A stretch of DNA of 55,898 nt, filler included, from Piptocephalis cylindrospora (taxonomy: Eukaryota): the NCBI GenBank assembly GCA_003614145.1. It is 4 parts of 4 records of this genome, joined end to end, with 100 filler letters (N's around TTAATTAATTAA, not from the genome) between each part and the next. Parts side by side here need not be neighbours in the genome. Positions count along the whole stretch, not along the records: positions 14,076 to 27,958 come from KZ987933.1; positions 28,059 to 41,937 come from KZ987934.1; 2 more parts are not named here. One strand, written 5' to 3'. Each line of letters begins with the position of its first letter. Positions within the stretch are counted from its first letter, which is position 1. The notes under the pieces were generated by a model. It made no database searches and was not told the origin of the DNA. It saw nothing but the letters and a program-made list of their open reading frames with translations. Made by a program: the position numbers and the translations under genes. Shown here one piece after another: positions 24,073 through 35,828 of the stretch.

Positions 24073-25143
24073 ACACCCGAACACCATGTTGGCTTTTTTG
24101 AGATCGGTGATTAATGAGCCATTTTAGTTTTCATGTCCTCTTCATCCTTTCATAACCCCATTCTCCTTTTTCGATCTATGAAATACATACCCTTCGGAAT
24201 CTCTGATCACACGAGCTTCTTTGATGTGTCGGTCAGGGCCTGTTGTTAGCCATCGGATGAAAGAAGGCCCTACCTCGTCTTGCTGGGATGAGGTTGAGCC
24301 TATCCATCAGAAGAGAGGGGAGAGTCGATCTTTTCAAGAAGGATCCCTTCTGAGGGCGGATAAACATTCCCAGGCGGTCTTTGTACGCACTGTATTCTTT
24401 TTGAAACGCATTCAAAGTCCGCTACCTCCTGAGGCCCTCCCTGCTCATAGACACCTGTGGCAGGGGTATGAGGGTGGATCGGTCGGGGTAATCAGTATTG
24501 GCAGCAAGCATAAAAGCATCATAGCGCCCACGCACCATCAACTCAGCCGTTCGTCTTTCCTACTCGGGCGAAGAAGAATGGAGCGGGTGCATTAGAGCCT
24601 GTATGACTTTTCTCCTGAAACGCTGCTTGTTTGGGCCACCATTAATTCCTCGGTTTCGGTGCGATGTAGAGGGATCTAAGGCCTATCAACGGAATACATC
24701 CATAGAAAGGCCCCATCTTTTTGGCCCTCAAGCGCTTTCTCCGCGCTTTAAAGATAAGCCAAGTGATGTTTGATAGGAGATACACACCAATTGGACTCCT
24801 AACTAAAGAGAGGGGTTGGATGAGCACAGAAGAAAGGAATCCCATTGCATGTTTCTGTCCATCCCCTTGTCCTACCCCAAACCCATATAACAAGATCTAC
24901 TCTATTCCGCCCTCCATGGATCCGTCCACTATCCACTGTTCGTTTTCTATCTTTAGGTATATTCATCATAGTTAAATAGCTCCCCTTTTCTCGTTACTGC
25001 CCTGCCACAAATAACAACTCAAGCCCCACCTGACCTCCAATCCAACCCTCATCCCTTGCGACACACCCCTTTTGCAAAGCAGGCTTTGCCCATCCTCTTC
25101 CTCTCCCCTCACCTCTCCATCTTAAACCATCTCATTCACAGCC

Positions 25144-25956
25144 ATGCTACACACCAAGCCATTTCCCCTCTTCTTCACTCTGATTGCCTCTTTCATGGGA
25201 ATCCACAGTCACGCTGCCGAGATAGATCAGAACGAGGCCAACGTGGCCTTTGACACCTTCTCCAAAGATACATCACTCCCCGTCTATACACTCAATTCCA
25301 ATTTTACTCCTACTGGGGCCCTCGGATGCAGTTCTCGGTATCTTGATGACATTCATCCGGTGCTTGGAGGATGCAGGGATGATAAGAAATTTGCTTGGGC
25401 GCTAGAGGGCTTTCAGATATGGCTCACGAGCAAGATCTATCATCCGGAATCACCCACAGGCAACCTCAAAGCCGTCAAGGACAGCCGAGTCTTGGGCACC
25501 AATGCAGATGGCCAATACCCTCGCATGATGAGCACCGAGGATGCACCTGCAAAGCTCTCATTCCGATACCAAAAGTTGGATATTCATACCGATTGGTTCA
25601 TAGGCCCCATCTGGGCCTTTCAAATGGTTGTACCCGGAGACGTTGAGTTCTGCCTCTCCAGTATCGCGTACACGCAAAAGGTCATGCGGCCCTACAACGA
25701 CGTGTGGTCCAGATCATGTAAAGAGCCTGGCTCCCCGGCCCCAGGGGATATTGAGATCCCACCTGCCGAGGATAAGAGCCCCATACTTTCCTGGTTAACA
25801 ACTCTATTTGTCGCAGTCCAGGCTGGTAACGGTAATGTCCAGATTCGCAACGTTGGTGACTTTATCAACGGATACTGGACGTGTCTAGAAAATGGAGGCC
25901 GCATTGGCGGATGCAACAATGAGGATGATTCACAGTGGTGGACCTTTCAGACTTAG
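25144..25956 (+). CDS. Putative secreted protein with ricin-B-like (beta-trefoil) features, 270 aa
   Basis: Signal peptide MLHTKPFPLFFTLIASFMGIHSHA. Three Cys pairs, each followed by Trp. C-terminal GNVQIRN..WTCLENGGRIGGCNNEDDSQWWTF carries a QxW-type motif. Confidence 0.65.
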   Translation: MLHTKPFPLFFTLIASFMGIHSHAAEIDQNEANVAFDTFSKDTSLPVYTLNSNFTPTGALGCSSRYLDDIHPVLGGCRDDKKFAWALEGFQIWLTSKIYHPESPTGNLKAVKDSRVLGTNADGQYPRMMSTEDAPAKLSFRYQKLDIHTDWFIGPIWAFQMVVPGDVEFCLSSIAYTQKVMRPYNDVWSRSCKEPGSPAPGDIEIPPAEDKSPILSWLTTLFVAVQAGNGNVQIRNVGDFINGYWTCLENGGRIGGCNNEDDSQWWTFQT

Positions 25957-26604
25957 ATGTGTGATCCAAGGTTAAAGACGGACGGATAAAGCCCTTTCCA
26001 TTGGGACAGATTCCATATCCTTCCATCATTCCCTCCTTGCTCTTTCAATACAATTTCGTGTTGGCTTTCCAAGCACCACTATGGATGTCGGACATCCTGA
26101 GATTTTGCTATGGATAATAAAACAATAGGATGGCATATCAACTCACCTCACCTGTGGGCAATAGATACATACAGTCAGTCACTGACAATGTCTTCACAGT
26201 AGTAACAATAGCATTCACCCCCCGTCCCACGCTCCTCCCACACTATTATTATGGCTGACTGTCAGGGTAGTGTAGGATGCGGGGGATGTGGGAGAGGAGT
26301 TGAAATGATCCAACCAATATCGCACTCGTCTGAACCATCCTATCCACTAACACCATCGGCAGTACTGCCAATTGGACCAAATTGCTCCGTAGTCTCTTCA
26401 TCCCCACTGGAACCATGAAGGGGGCGGCGAGGTAATCTTTGGCGACAGAGATCATCTTTAATCATCATCGTCTTTCCCCTCCCCTCTCCATCTTTATGGT
26501 GTGTGTGTCCCGGCTAAGGTAGCTTTGTATAAAAAGAGAAGAAATAGAAGATCGGGGGGTAGGATGAGTGCCCACATTCATCCTCTCTTACCCCTTCCAC
26601 GAAT

Positions 26605-27958
26605 ATGCCACCGCCTTTCACTCCCATCCCCATAGGTTCTGCTATTCCTCCCAACACAGCCCACGCCGTGTCTGTCTCCCTTCCGTCTTGGAAGGCGACT
26701 GTCGGGTACGAAGAGGGGGATCCTGCAGTGGTCTCCCGGATGAAATGCGGATATCCCCGCTTCTTTCTTCATCCCTTGGTCGTCGAGCTTTCCCGCGTAT
26801 GTGAGGAGAGCTTTGGGAGTCCTGAAGAGGCTTGTCTTTTATTTGCTTCCCGGGCCGTCGTCCGACGATGTCAGGATTTCCTGGAAAATTATGCATCAGT
26901 GCCTTCCCGGGCGGTGGAGTGGCGGGTGAACCCGGCTAGCGGACCCTTGGATCCAGAGGAGGAGGTGTCCCTGAGGCCCCTTACCCTCTCTATCCTCTTC
27001 TTCCCCATCTCGGATTGGTCCGTGGCCAAGTCATACTGGCAGCACACAGGCGAGGGCATCTCCTCTAGATTGGCCCATCATTGCCTTCGTCTTCTCTCTT
27101 CCCTACAAGAGGAGGACCGATGGGTCTCTCATGTGGAGCAGCACCCGCTGGGTCGATTAGGCAAACGTACCGATCTCGCTCCTCCCGCGCCCGCACCCTC
27201 CACGGAGGATCAGGATACGTACATTGAAGAGCGCTTTGGCCGGAACATGGACCGTGAAAGGGCGGAGGAAGCCAAGGCAGTCCTACGACATCGCATAGCC
27301 CAGCTCGCCTCGCCCACCTGCTCCGATTCCCACGTCTTTCTGTATCCCTGCGGGATGGCAGCCATCTTTCATGCTCATCGTCTCCTCCGTCTCCTTCATC
27401 CAGAAAGAAAAAGTGTGTGTCTAGGGTTTCCATACACCGATACACTGAAGATTCTGCAGAAATGGGGCCCAGGATGTGTTCATCTCCCTCGGGGAGACGA
27501 AGCTGATCTGGCTCGACTCACCCAGCTCCTGGAGGAAAAGCCTCCGATCCTGGGGGTCTTTTGTGAATTTCCCTCCAATCCTATGCTGACAAGCGTAGAC
27601 CTTGCCCGCGTCAGACACCTGGCCGACATTTATGGCTTTGCCCTGGTGGTAGATGATACGGTTGGGGCAGGAGGGGAGAACGTGGATGTGCTTCCCTGGG
27701 CCGATGTTGTGGTCTCCAGTCTGACCAAGACGTTTAGCGGAGAAAGCAACGTGATGGGAGGAAGTCTTATGATCCGGCCCAAGAGTAACTGGGCCCAGGC
27801 TCTCTTGAACCTCCAGGGCCAGGAATATGAGGATTTGCTGTGGGATGAAGACGCTATATTCCTCGAGCGAAATTCTCGGGCCTTCCAGTCCCGTCTGGCT
27901 CAGGTGAACGTCTCCACCGAGGCCCTAGTAGACTTTCTCCGCCCAACCCCGAATATCC
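26605..27958 (+). CDS. Cystathionine gamma-synthase (Str2-like, PLP-dependent), 3'-truncated at contig end
   Basis: HAVSVSLPSW..GYEEG, GYPRFFLHP, WQHTGEGISSR, YIEERFGRN, GFPYTDTLKIL, CEFPSNPML, VVDDTVG and SSLTKTFSG (PLP Lys). Reading frame runs into the spacer. Confidence 0.9.
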
Positions 27959-28058
27959 NNNNNNNNNNNNNNNNNNNNNNNNNNNNNNNNNNNNNNNNNN
28001 NNTTAATTAATTAANNNNNNNNNNNNNNNNNNNNNNNNNNNNNNNNNNNNNNNNNNNN
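27959..28058. other. Artificial contig spacer N44-TTAATTAATTAA-N44
   Basis: Same 100-bp linker. Confidence 0.97.
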
Positions 28059-30496
28059 CTCAGCTTCATTCCAGGCCCTTTCGGCTTTAGTCAGCCGAGT
28101 CTTCGCCTCCTCCAGCCGGGCTTTCGCCGCGTGTAGCCATTCAAACTTAGCCAAGACAGAGGGCCCTTGGGCCCTTGACCCCCCCTGCAGTGTTCCTGCC
28201 GGAGAGTAGACATCCCCATCATACGTCACAGATCGCATCTTGACCTTTGGATCGAAGGTCACCTTGGCGGCCGTTTGAGAATCTATTTTTGGAGGTAAGA
28301 GGGAGGACATATGAGTCAAAATACACCTTCTCTTCATCACGTAAGACCCTCTTGGATAAGACTCACCTGCACAGATCAAGCAATGACCAAAGACATGATC
28401 CATAGCCTTTTCCACTTCAGAGGGATACCCCAGGAGGGATAAAGCCAGGTCTACCTTACCCGGGGCAATCTTTTGGGCCGCCCCTACTCTTTCTCGCTCT
28501 ACACGACCAGTTGCAATCTTATTCAGAGGGATCATAGTGACACGTTTCCGAAGTTGACCTTGTTGGATAAGGGAAGAGGCCACTACCTCATCCTCCACCA
28601 CTACATTGTACAGGGCCCCTCCAGCCGCCACTTGGATGGCTGTAGCCTTTCCCGAATGCTCCGGAGGTAGTCGGAGGAGCTCAGCCACCAAACCTTTAAC
28701 CTTTCTCCGTTCAAACCCCGGGTGAGGATCCATATACTGGAAGGAGGGGACTCCACCCGAGGACTGAACCCGTCTCACTTCCTCCTCCGCCTCTTCAACG
28801 GCCCGCTGAGCCCCATTCATCTCTTCCCGCAGAGCTTGTTCCCGGGCAGGATCCCAATCCAGGGCTTTGAGAGAGTGCTTAATCTTTTGAAGCGCTTGCA
28901 TCGCTTCCTCTCGTTCCTTAGCCATACTAGCATCCTGCTGGGAACTAGCTTGAACTTGCTTCCGTAGATCCTTTTCCCGGCGTCGAAGATGTTGCATCCT
29001 CATCTCGGTAGTTTCCACCTGAGTTTCATAGCTGGCTACCGTCTCTTTGGCCTCTTTATGAACAGGAGAATGTCATACCAGTGGTGTTAGCAGATGGTAG
29101 TGGTAAGGGTTATCCCCTTTGCTTCGCATAAACCTACCTCTTAGTTGCTCGAGAAATCCGGTTTCCTTGCCCTCATCAGTGGACATACCCGTACTCAGCG
29201 CCTGGATTTTGGCCTCGGCCTTCCTCAGAGCCTCAACGCGGCTAGCTTCTTGGGTTTTGAGCTCGGTAAAGGAAACTTGATTTTCTTTAATGGTGGCTTC
29301 CTTGAGCTCCAGTCCCTGGATCCAATCAGCCTCACGAGCCTGCATGGACATGAGAGTGGAGGATTCCTCTTCAACCCCACGTTCAGCATTGGCACGCTGA
29401 GCGCGTATCTTGACCAGGCGCATCTCCACCGACCGTACTGACCCTTCTAGGCCAGCCAGTCGCCCATCCTTGGCTAGCTCTTCCTCTCGACGGGTATTTA
29501 CGTCGGCCATCTCCTGCTCTAGAGCACGGATCTCCCGTTGTAGCTGATCCCTCTCCCCCACGATTTTGTCCAGACGATCTCGTTGGTGAGCCAGAGAGGC
29601 TTGGGTTTCCTTAAGACCCCTACTCTTTTCATAATACTGATGGGCTGTGGTGAAACGTTTGAGTGCATCGAGTTCCACCTCGGTCTTTTGGAATTCAAGA
29701 TAGGCGCGCTTCTCCTTGCGTAACTTTTCGAGTTTGGGGGAGATTTCCTCCTCTAAAAGCGACATGATTTCCTGGAGCTTCTTCTCCTTCTTTGCAATGG
29801 TGTGGAGGGCCTTGTCTCGACGCTCCTCAAACATGCGCGTACCAGCAGCCTCCTCAATCATCGCCAAGATCTCTGGAGGTTTCATGTTGAGGACTTTGGT
29901 GATCTTGCCCTGCATGATAAGGAAATGGGGGTTGTTGACATTGAGTTGAACAGACTGAAAAAAAGTTTCCACGGCGTGCTGCTGGGCCGTATGTCCATTA
30001 ATGAGGTACTTGTTCCTGCCGCCGACAATCAGCTATGGATGGAAAAAGGACAGGGGGTGATCAGTTGGAGTGAGAGGGTTTAATAGCTCCACCTCTGTTC
30101 CTTGTCCCCTACCTGCCGTGTCACAGAAATCTGAGGAAATTGCTCGTAGCCGATAGGTGACTTTTCCCGATTAGAATTATCAAAGACAATGGTGACGGAG
30201 GCCTTGTTGATTCCGGCCTGCCCACGTTTATACACCAGTTCATTGAGATTGCTTACTCGGACCTGTAAAGGGGAGAAAGGCTGAGTGTGCAAGGTCATCA
30301 GCTAACAACAATACCAAGTAGTACATACATTACTTAGATTCTTGATACCAAGGACAAAGCAGATGGCATCAAGGATATTGGACTTTCCAGACCCGTTAAG
30401 CCCAGTGATGGCGTTGAATTCGGCGTCCCAGCCAGTGATGTGGGTGCGTACAGCATAAGATTTAAATCCGTCAATGATGAGTTCAGCCACCCTCAT
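28059..30496 (-). CDS. SMC2: Condensin subunit Smc2, N-terminal half through hinge, truncated by contig end; exons 30496-30329, 30262-30113, 30032-29138, 29053-28367, 28282-28059
   Basis: [12 protein letters not shown], Walker [62 protein letters not shown], and hinge [10 protein letters not shown] and [17 protein letters not shown]. In-phase GT-AG introns. Confidence 0.95.
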
Positions 30497-31772
30497 GACG
30501 AGAAGGTAAAGGAGATAGGGCAAAGTAGACAGAGAGAGAGAAGGGGAGGGGGAGGGGAGGTACCAGGGGCCATAAGAGACCAACTTGAATGTCAACACCA
30601 AGAAAGGGAAAGCTGATGGTGTGTGATCCACGGCCAGTCGGGCACTGGACGCGCTTCTCCGACAGGCAAGGCTGTCTCCTGTGTCCCGTGTCGTGCACCA
30701 TAGTACTAAGAGCATGTTTTGAGCCAGCGAATCTTGGATGTCATACGCGTGCCACTAGTAGCAGGGACAAAGTCGCAATGACAAAAATGTATAAATTTAA
30801 GCAAGATTTTACGTGCAAGGATTTCAGCACGAATAAATTCTACGCGGACATGGGTACCTAAGCCGTATCAGAAGATTTTCGTTTGAAGGGGACAGGCTAT
30901 GGTGTGTATCAAATGTTCCCGCCTTCGTCTAAAACAAATGTACCTCACAATGCTCTTCTATACGAGTACGCATAGCCACCCTATCTTGCACCACCATCCT
31001 TCACTAAGAACCATTGATCTGCTCTTGAATAAAATAACGCAGCAACCCACCTTTGTATGCACGGCAATAGAGAGAGAAGAGGCAATGTATTGGCCAAAAA
31101 TTGGTTATCCATCACCGAAGCTGATATACAAAAAACCCACAAAAAATGACCCTCCCTATATATTAGGCTGAGCCCAAGTCGGACCTAGGTCCAGACTCGT
31201 AGCCCAGCTGACCATCCGCGCCCACCGTGACCTGAACCGAAGTTCACTTCCACATATGCGCGCTGTCCTAGCTTTGGCCTTCAGGCATTGGAATGAGAGG
31301 GATGCCACATTTTGGTCATGCACGGCAATAGGTGCGGCCCCATTATCCGTGAATAATTTCATATTTTTATCCTTCATATCGTTCCAGAGTGACCCATTCA
31401 TCCTTTTTAGCGCAAGTACTTGGCCATAGACGCATGAGCTATATCTACATTATTCAACGAAAAAGCCTCAGGAGCTCCAAGGTGCTATAATGGGAGGCCA
31501 TCTGGCCTCACGCGTCAGTTTCTCGCTAGTGCCTAACTTAATAGACATACACATACACGCCATGACGACTAGTTACAGTGACCCTGGTCTCCTCTCCCCA
31601 CAGCTATTACCCACTCACCATTCAACCCCGCAGCTTTTTTTCCTAATCCTACACGCACACCCTCACGTTCTCCCTTCACTTGTCTCGACCACAATCGCAC
31701 CCCCCCCCCCCCCCCCTCTTTTTCCCTTCCTTTCCCCCCCCCCCCCCCATTGACTCAACCCGCCCCAACACC

Positions 31773-34727
31773 ATGAGCACGAACCCTCCAGCCCCCTCCT
31801 CTCTTTCGGAGACCAAGCCCTTTTGGTCGGCCAACAAGGTGCGGGAAACCTTCATCTCTTACTACGTGTCCAAGCACAATCACACCTTTTTCCGGTCGTC
31901 ACCTACTGTGCCCGTGGATGATCCCACCCTACTCTTTGCCAATGCTGGCATGAATCAGTACAAGCCCATCTTCCTCGGGGTTGTGGACCCATCCTCCCCC
32001 TTGGCTGCGCTGAAACGTGCTACCAACTCGCAAAAGTGCATTCGCGCGGGTGGAAAGCACAATGACCTGGATGACGTGGGTAGAGATGTGTACCATCACA
32101 CGTTCTTCGAGATGCTCGGAAACTGGTCCTTCGGGGACTACTTTAAGGCTGAGGCCATTGCCTGGTCCTGGGACCTCTTGACCAATGTCTTTGGCATGGA
32201 CGCTGATCGTCTCTATGTCACCTATTACGGAGGAGATGAAGCTGCTGGTCTCCCTGCTGATACTGAGGCCCGGGACATGTGGATTGCCACCGGAGTACCC
32301 GCATCCCGCGTCCTTCCCTATGGAAACGAGGACAACTTCTGGGAGATGGGTGAGACGGGGCCCTGTGGCCCCTGTTCTGAGGTGCATTACGATCGAATCG
32401 GTGGTCGGGATGCTGCTGATCTCGTCAACGCCGATGATCCAGACGTCCTGGAAATCTGGAACATTGTGTTCATCCAGTTCAACCGTGAGGCTGACCGGTC
32501 TCTCCGGCCCCTACCGGCCAAACACATCGATACCGGCATGGGGATGGAGAGGGTGGTTTCCATCCTCCAGGGGGTTCGATCTAACTATGACACCGATGTC
32601 TTCCAGCCCTTGTTTGCCATCATCCAGGAGAAGACCGGAGCCCGTCCCTACACGGGTCTTGTGGGAGCCGAGGATGTGGATGGGGTTGACATGGCGTACC
32701 GTGTGGTCGCAGATCATCTTCGTACTCTTGTGTTCGCCATGAGCGACGGAGGAGTTCCAAGCAATGAAGGGCGAGGTTATGTCCTTCGTCGGATCCTCCG
32801 TCGTGGAGCCCGATACGTCCGCCGTAAGTTTAACACTCCCATTGGCACGTTTTTCCCCTCCCTAGTCGATACCCTAGTGGCCCAGATGGGCGAGGCTTTC
32901 CCTGAGCTGACTAAGCGTATCGACACGGTTAAGCGTATCCTCCAGGAGGAGGAGGAGTCCTTTGCTCGGACTTTGGATCGAGGTGAACGGCTCTTTGAAA
33001 CCTACCTCGCTCGCGCCAAGGAGACTGGAGCCAAGGAGCTCCGTGGAGAGGATGTCTGGAGGCTCTATGACACCTACGGGTTCCCCGTCGATCTGACCCG
33101 ACTCATGGCCGAGGAGGCTGGTCTTGGAGTGAATGAGGAGGCATTTGCTCGCTCCCAGGAGCAGGCTAAGGAGGCCAGCCGTGCTGGCAAGGGTGCTTCC
33201 GGGTCCGGAGGCGCTGGAACTAAAGGAGTGGGGGCTGTGGTTCTTGATGTCCACCGCATTGCCGAGCTTGATAAGATCCCCGGAATGTGCAAGACTGAGG
33301 ATGCTAGCAAGTACGAGAAGGAGGGAATCCAAGGCAAAATACTTGCCCTGTACCATCCTGCTGAGGGCTTTGTTTCCTCCGTGGACGGATCGACCGAGGA
33401 GAGTCAGGCCTATGGAGTTCTATTGGACAAGACAAACTTTTACGCCGAGCAGGGCGGACAGGAGGCGGATCGAGGGGTGATGCGTGCGGAGGCTGGAGTG
33501 GAGTTTGTCGTGGAAAATGTCCAGGTATATGCTGGGTATGTCTTGCACGCCGGTGTCCTCCGCCAGGGTCAGGGAACCCTCCGAGTGGGTCAGGTTCTAA
33601 CATGCGAGTATGACGAGGCCCGTCGGGCTAGTCTTCGATCCAATCATACGGCGACTCACCTCCTTAACTACGCTCTCCGTAAGGTGTTGAAGGGGGATGA
33701 GGTGGACCAAAAGGGTTCCTTGGTGGCGGCGGAGAAGCTTCGGTTTGACTTTTCGCACCCAGCGGCCCTGACGACTCAGGAGCTTCGTGGGGTGGAAGAG
33801 GCGTGCGAGGAGTTTGTCCAGCGGGACCTTCCGGTCTACTCGGCCGAGGTGCCCCTATCAGTAGCCAAGGCCATCCACGGGCTCCGTGCCGTCTTTGGTG
33901 AAGTGTACCCCGACCCCGTTCGGGTGGTCAGCGTGGGCTTTGATGTGGATGAAGTACAGGCTGATGTGGGGAACAGCCGATGGGCTTCCTCCAGTGTGGA
34001 ATTCTGCGGTGGGACCCATGTGGGTCGCACCGGAGACATTGGCCGGTTTGTCCTCCTAGAGGAAGCTGGGATTGCCAAGGGGATTCGTCGGATTGTAGCC
34101 GTGACTGGGCCCGAGGCCAAGGAGGCCGATGCTCTGGCCAATACCTTCCAAGGTCGACTCGAGGCGCTTGAGACCCTGAAGGGCAAGCCCGAGATGGAGG
34201 CCGAGCTAAAGGAGGTGGCCAAGGCCCTCGACGGTCTGGTGATCTCGGCATGGCGTAAGGCCGGATTCCGGGAGGAATATGGCCGGATTCGCAAGACCTT
34301 TACCGATGGGGCTAAAGTGGCCAAGGCCGCCCAGGGCAAGGAGGCCATTGAACGCATCAAGCAGGCCATTACCGAGGCCGAGTCCTCCAAGGGCTACGTG
34401 GTTACTGAAGTCCTGGTAGGAGGGAACAATAAGGCTTTAGTTGGTGCTGTAGCCGCGCTCAAGTCACACGGCAAGGTCCCGGGATTTGTCTACAGCTTGG
34501 ATACGGAAGGAGCAGGGAAGATCCTGTATCAGTGCTACGTCCCCAAGGCTCTCGTGACATCCCAGGGTGTTAAGGCCAATGAGCTTACCGCCATTGTTGC
34601 CGGGTTTGTTGGAGGCCGGAGTGGTGGGAAGGATGAAGGGGCCCAGGGCAGTGGGGACAAGACGGACCAGGTGCCTGAAGCCGTCAAGGCCGCCGAAGCT
34701 TACTTTGCCGCTAAGATGACGCAATAA
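31773..34727 (+). CDS. ALA1: Alanyl-tRNA synthetase, 984 aa, intronless
   Basis: DPTLLFANAGMNQYK, SQKCIRAGGKHNDL, HHTFFEMLGNWSFGDYFK, NFWEMGETGPCGPC, DTGMGMER, editing motifs NHTATHLL and EFCGGTH, C-terminal GGRSGGK. Confidence 0.98.
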   Translation: MSTNPPAPSSLSETKPFWSANKVRETFISYYVSKHNHTFFRSSPTVPVDDPTLLFANAGMNQYKPIFLGVVDPSSPLAALKRATNSQKCIRAGGKHNDLDDVGRDVYHHTFFEMLGNWSFGDYFKAEAIAWSWDLLTNVFGMDADRLYVTYYGGDEAAGLPADTEARDMWIATGVPASRVLPYGNEDNFWEMGETGPCGPCSEVHYDRIGGRDAADLVNADDPDVLEIWNIVFIQFNREADRSLRPLPAKHIDTGMGMERVVSILQGVRSNYDTDVFQPLFAIIQEKTGARPYTGLVGAEDVDGVDMAYRVVADHLRTLVFAMSDGGVPSNEGRGYVLRRILRRGARYVRRKFNTPIGTFFPSLVDTLVAQMGEAFPELTKRIDTVKRILQEEEESFARTLDRGERLFETYLARAKETGAKELRGEDVWRLYDTYGFPVDLTRLMAEEAGLGVNEEAFARSQEQAKEASRAGKGASGSGGAGTKGVGAVVLDVHRIAELDKIPGMCKTEDASKYEKEGIQGKILALYHPAEGFVSSVDGSTEESQAYGVLLDKTNFYAEQGGQEADRGVMRAEAGVEFVVENVQVYAGYVLHAGVLRQGQGTLRVGQVLTCEYDEARRASLRSNHTATHLLNYALRKVLKGDEVDQKGSLVAAEKLRFDFSHPAALTTQELRGVEEACEEFVQRDLPVYSAEVPLSVAKAIHGLRAVFGEVYPDPVRVVSVGFDVDEVQADVGNSRWASSSVEFCGGTHVGRTGDIGRFVLLEEAGIAKGIRRIVAVTGPEAKEADALANTFQGRLEALETLKGKPEMEAELKEVAKALDGLVISAWRKAGFREEYGRIRKTFTDGAKVAKAAQGKEAIERIKQAITEAESSKGYVVTEVLVGGNNKALVGAVAALKSHGKVPGFVYSLDTEGAGKILYQCYVPKALVTSQGVKANELTAIVAGFVGGRSGGKDEGAQGSGDKTDQVPEAVKAAEAYFAAKMTQ

Positions 34728-35828
34728 TGAGGCGTGAGGCCGAGTAGGGTGGGAGGATTGAAAGTGGAGTGGGATAAAGTAGGCAATGCATACAAGATTG
34801 GATGGTGTCTTTGTGCATGAAGTATGGTGGAGAGAGGCTAGATTAGATGACTCATTGCATATATTAGGAGGATGGGGATGGATCGATGAGCGTCAGTGAA
34901 AAGAAAAAAAAATCGTGAGCCAAAGTCAGAGTGGTAATCAGAATATCCTCCTTCACATACCAGATACCTGGGAAACACTAGGGCCAGATCAACCCCCGTC
35001 ACAGCTCTCCATCGCGAATACGTACACAGAGGGTACGATACAGTGGGAGCAGAAGAGAGTATGAGTAACTTAATCATCACCCTTCATTACCAAGGAGACA
35101 CCATTGTCGATGGATCAGAGGAGTTACCGGTCAATCTTCATCGCTTCACCTGACCTGCCCTCGCATGTGCGCCGCGAGGGGGGTGGAGATGCATGTCTGA
35201 TATCTGAGGATTTTCAACCTCCGCTTCTACTCTCTCCTACCGGGGCTTTTCTAACCGATGCCGTGGAAACTCCGCTCTGACATTCATCTCAGCTCGAGGT
35301 CTGAGAAACGATGCACAGGTCCACCTCAAATACCCCGAGTCAATTGGGGAGACGATGATGGGCAAAGGGGAGGGCAAGAGGGGGGTCATCAGACGAACCG
35401 ATATGCAAAGAGAGTCCGGGGTTGATGTGACAGGGATCCCTAGAGGGCTGGGGCAGTGGAAGAAAACGACATGAATCGGGGAAGGAGGGCGCAGGGAGAA
35501 TCGACATGGGTCAATGAGCATGATAGCGGAACTAGGGCGAGTCCAATCAATAGAGACACGTATGACCCCTAGCACTGATTGAGTTGTGAATAGGCGGGTA
35601 GAGAGAGAAGGAAAAGGAGTCCCAGAACACATGAATGAAGGGAAAAGGGGTGAGAACGGAGCAAGATGAGGAAAAAGATTTAAAAGGTACGTCCACCATT
35701 ACCAGCTCTCGTCAGCTCTCTCTGTCCAACCTAACTATCTCATTTCCCTGTTCATCCCCCCTTTCCCCCCTTTCCCCTCCCACTCCAATTCATTTCCAGC
35801 ACCTCTTTATTGTACTAGCTTCGATACT

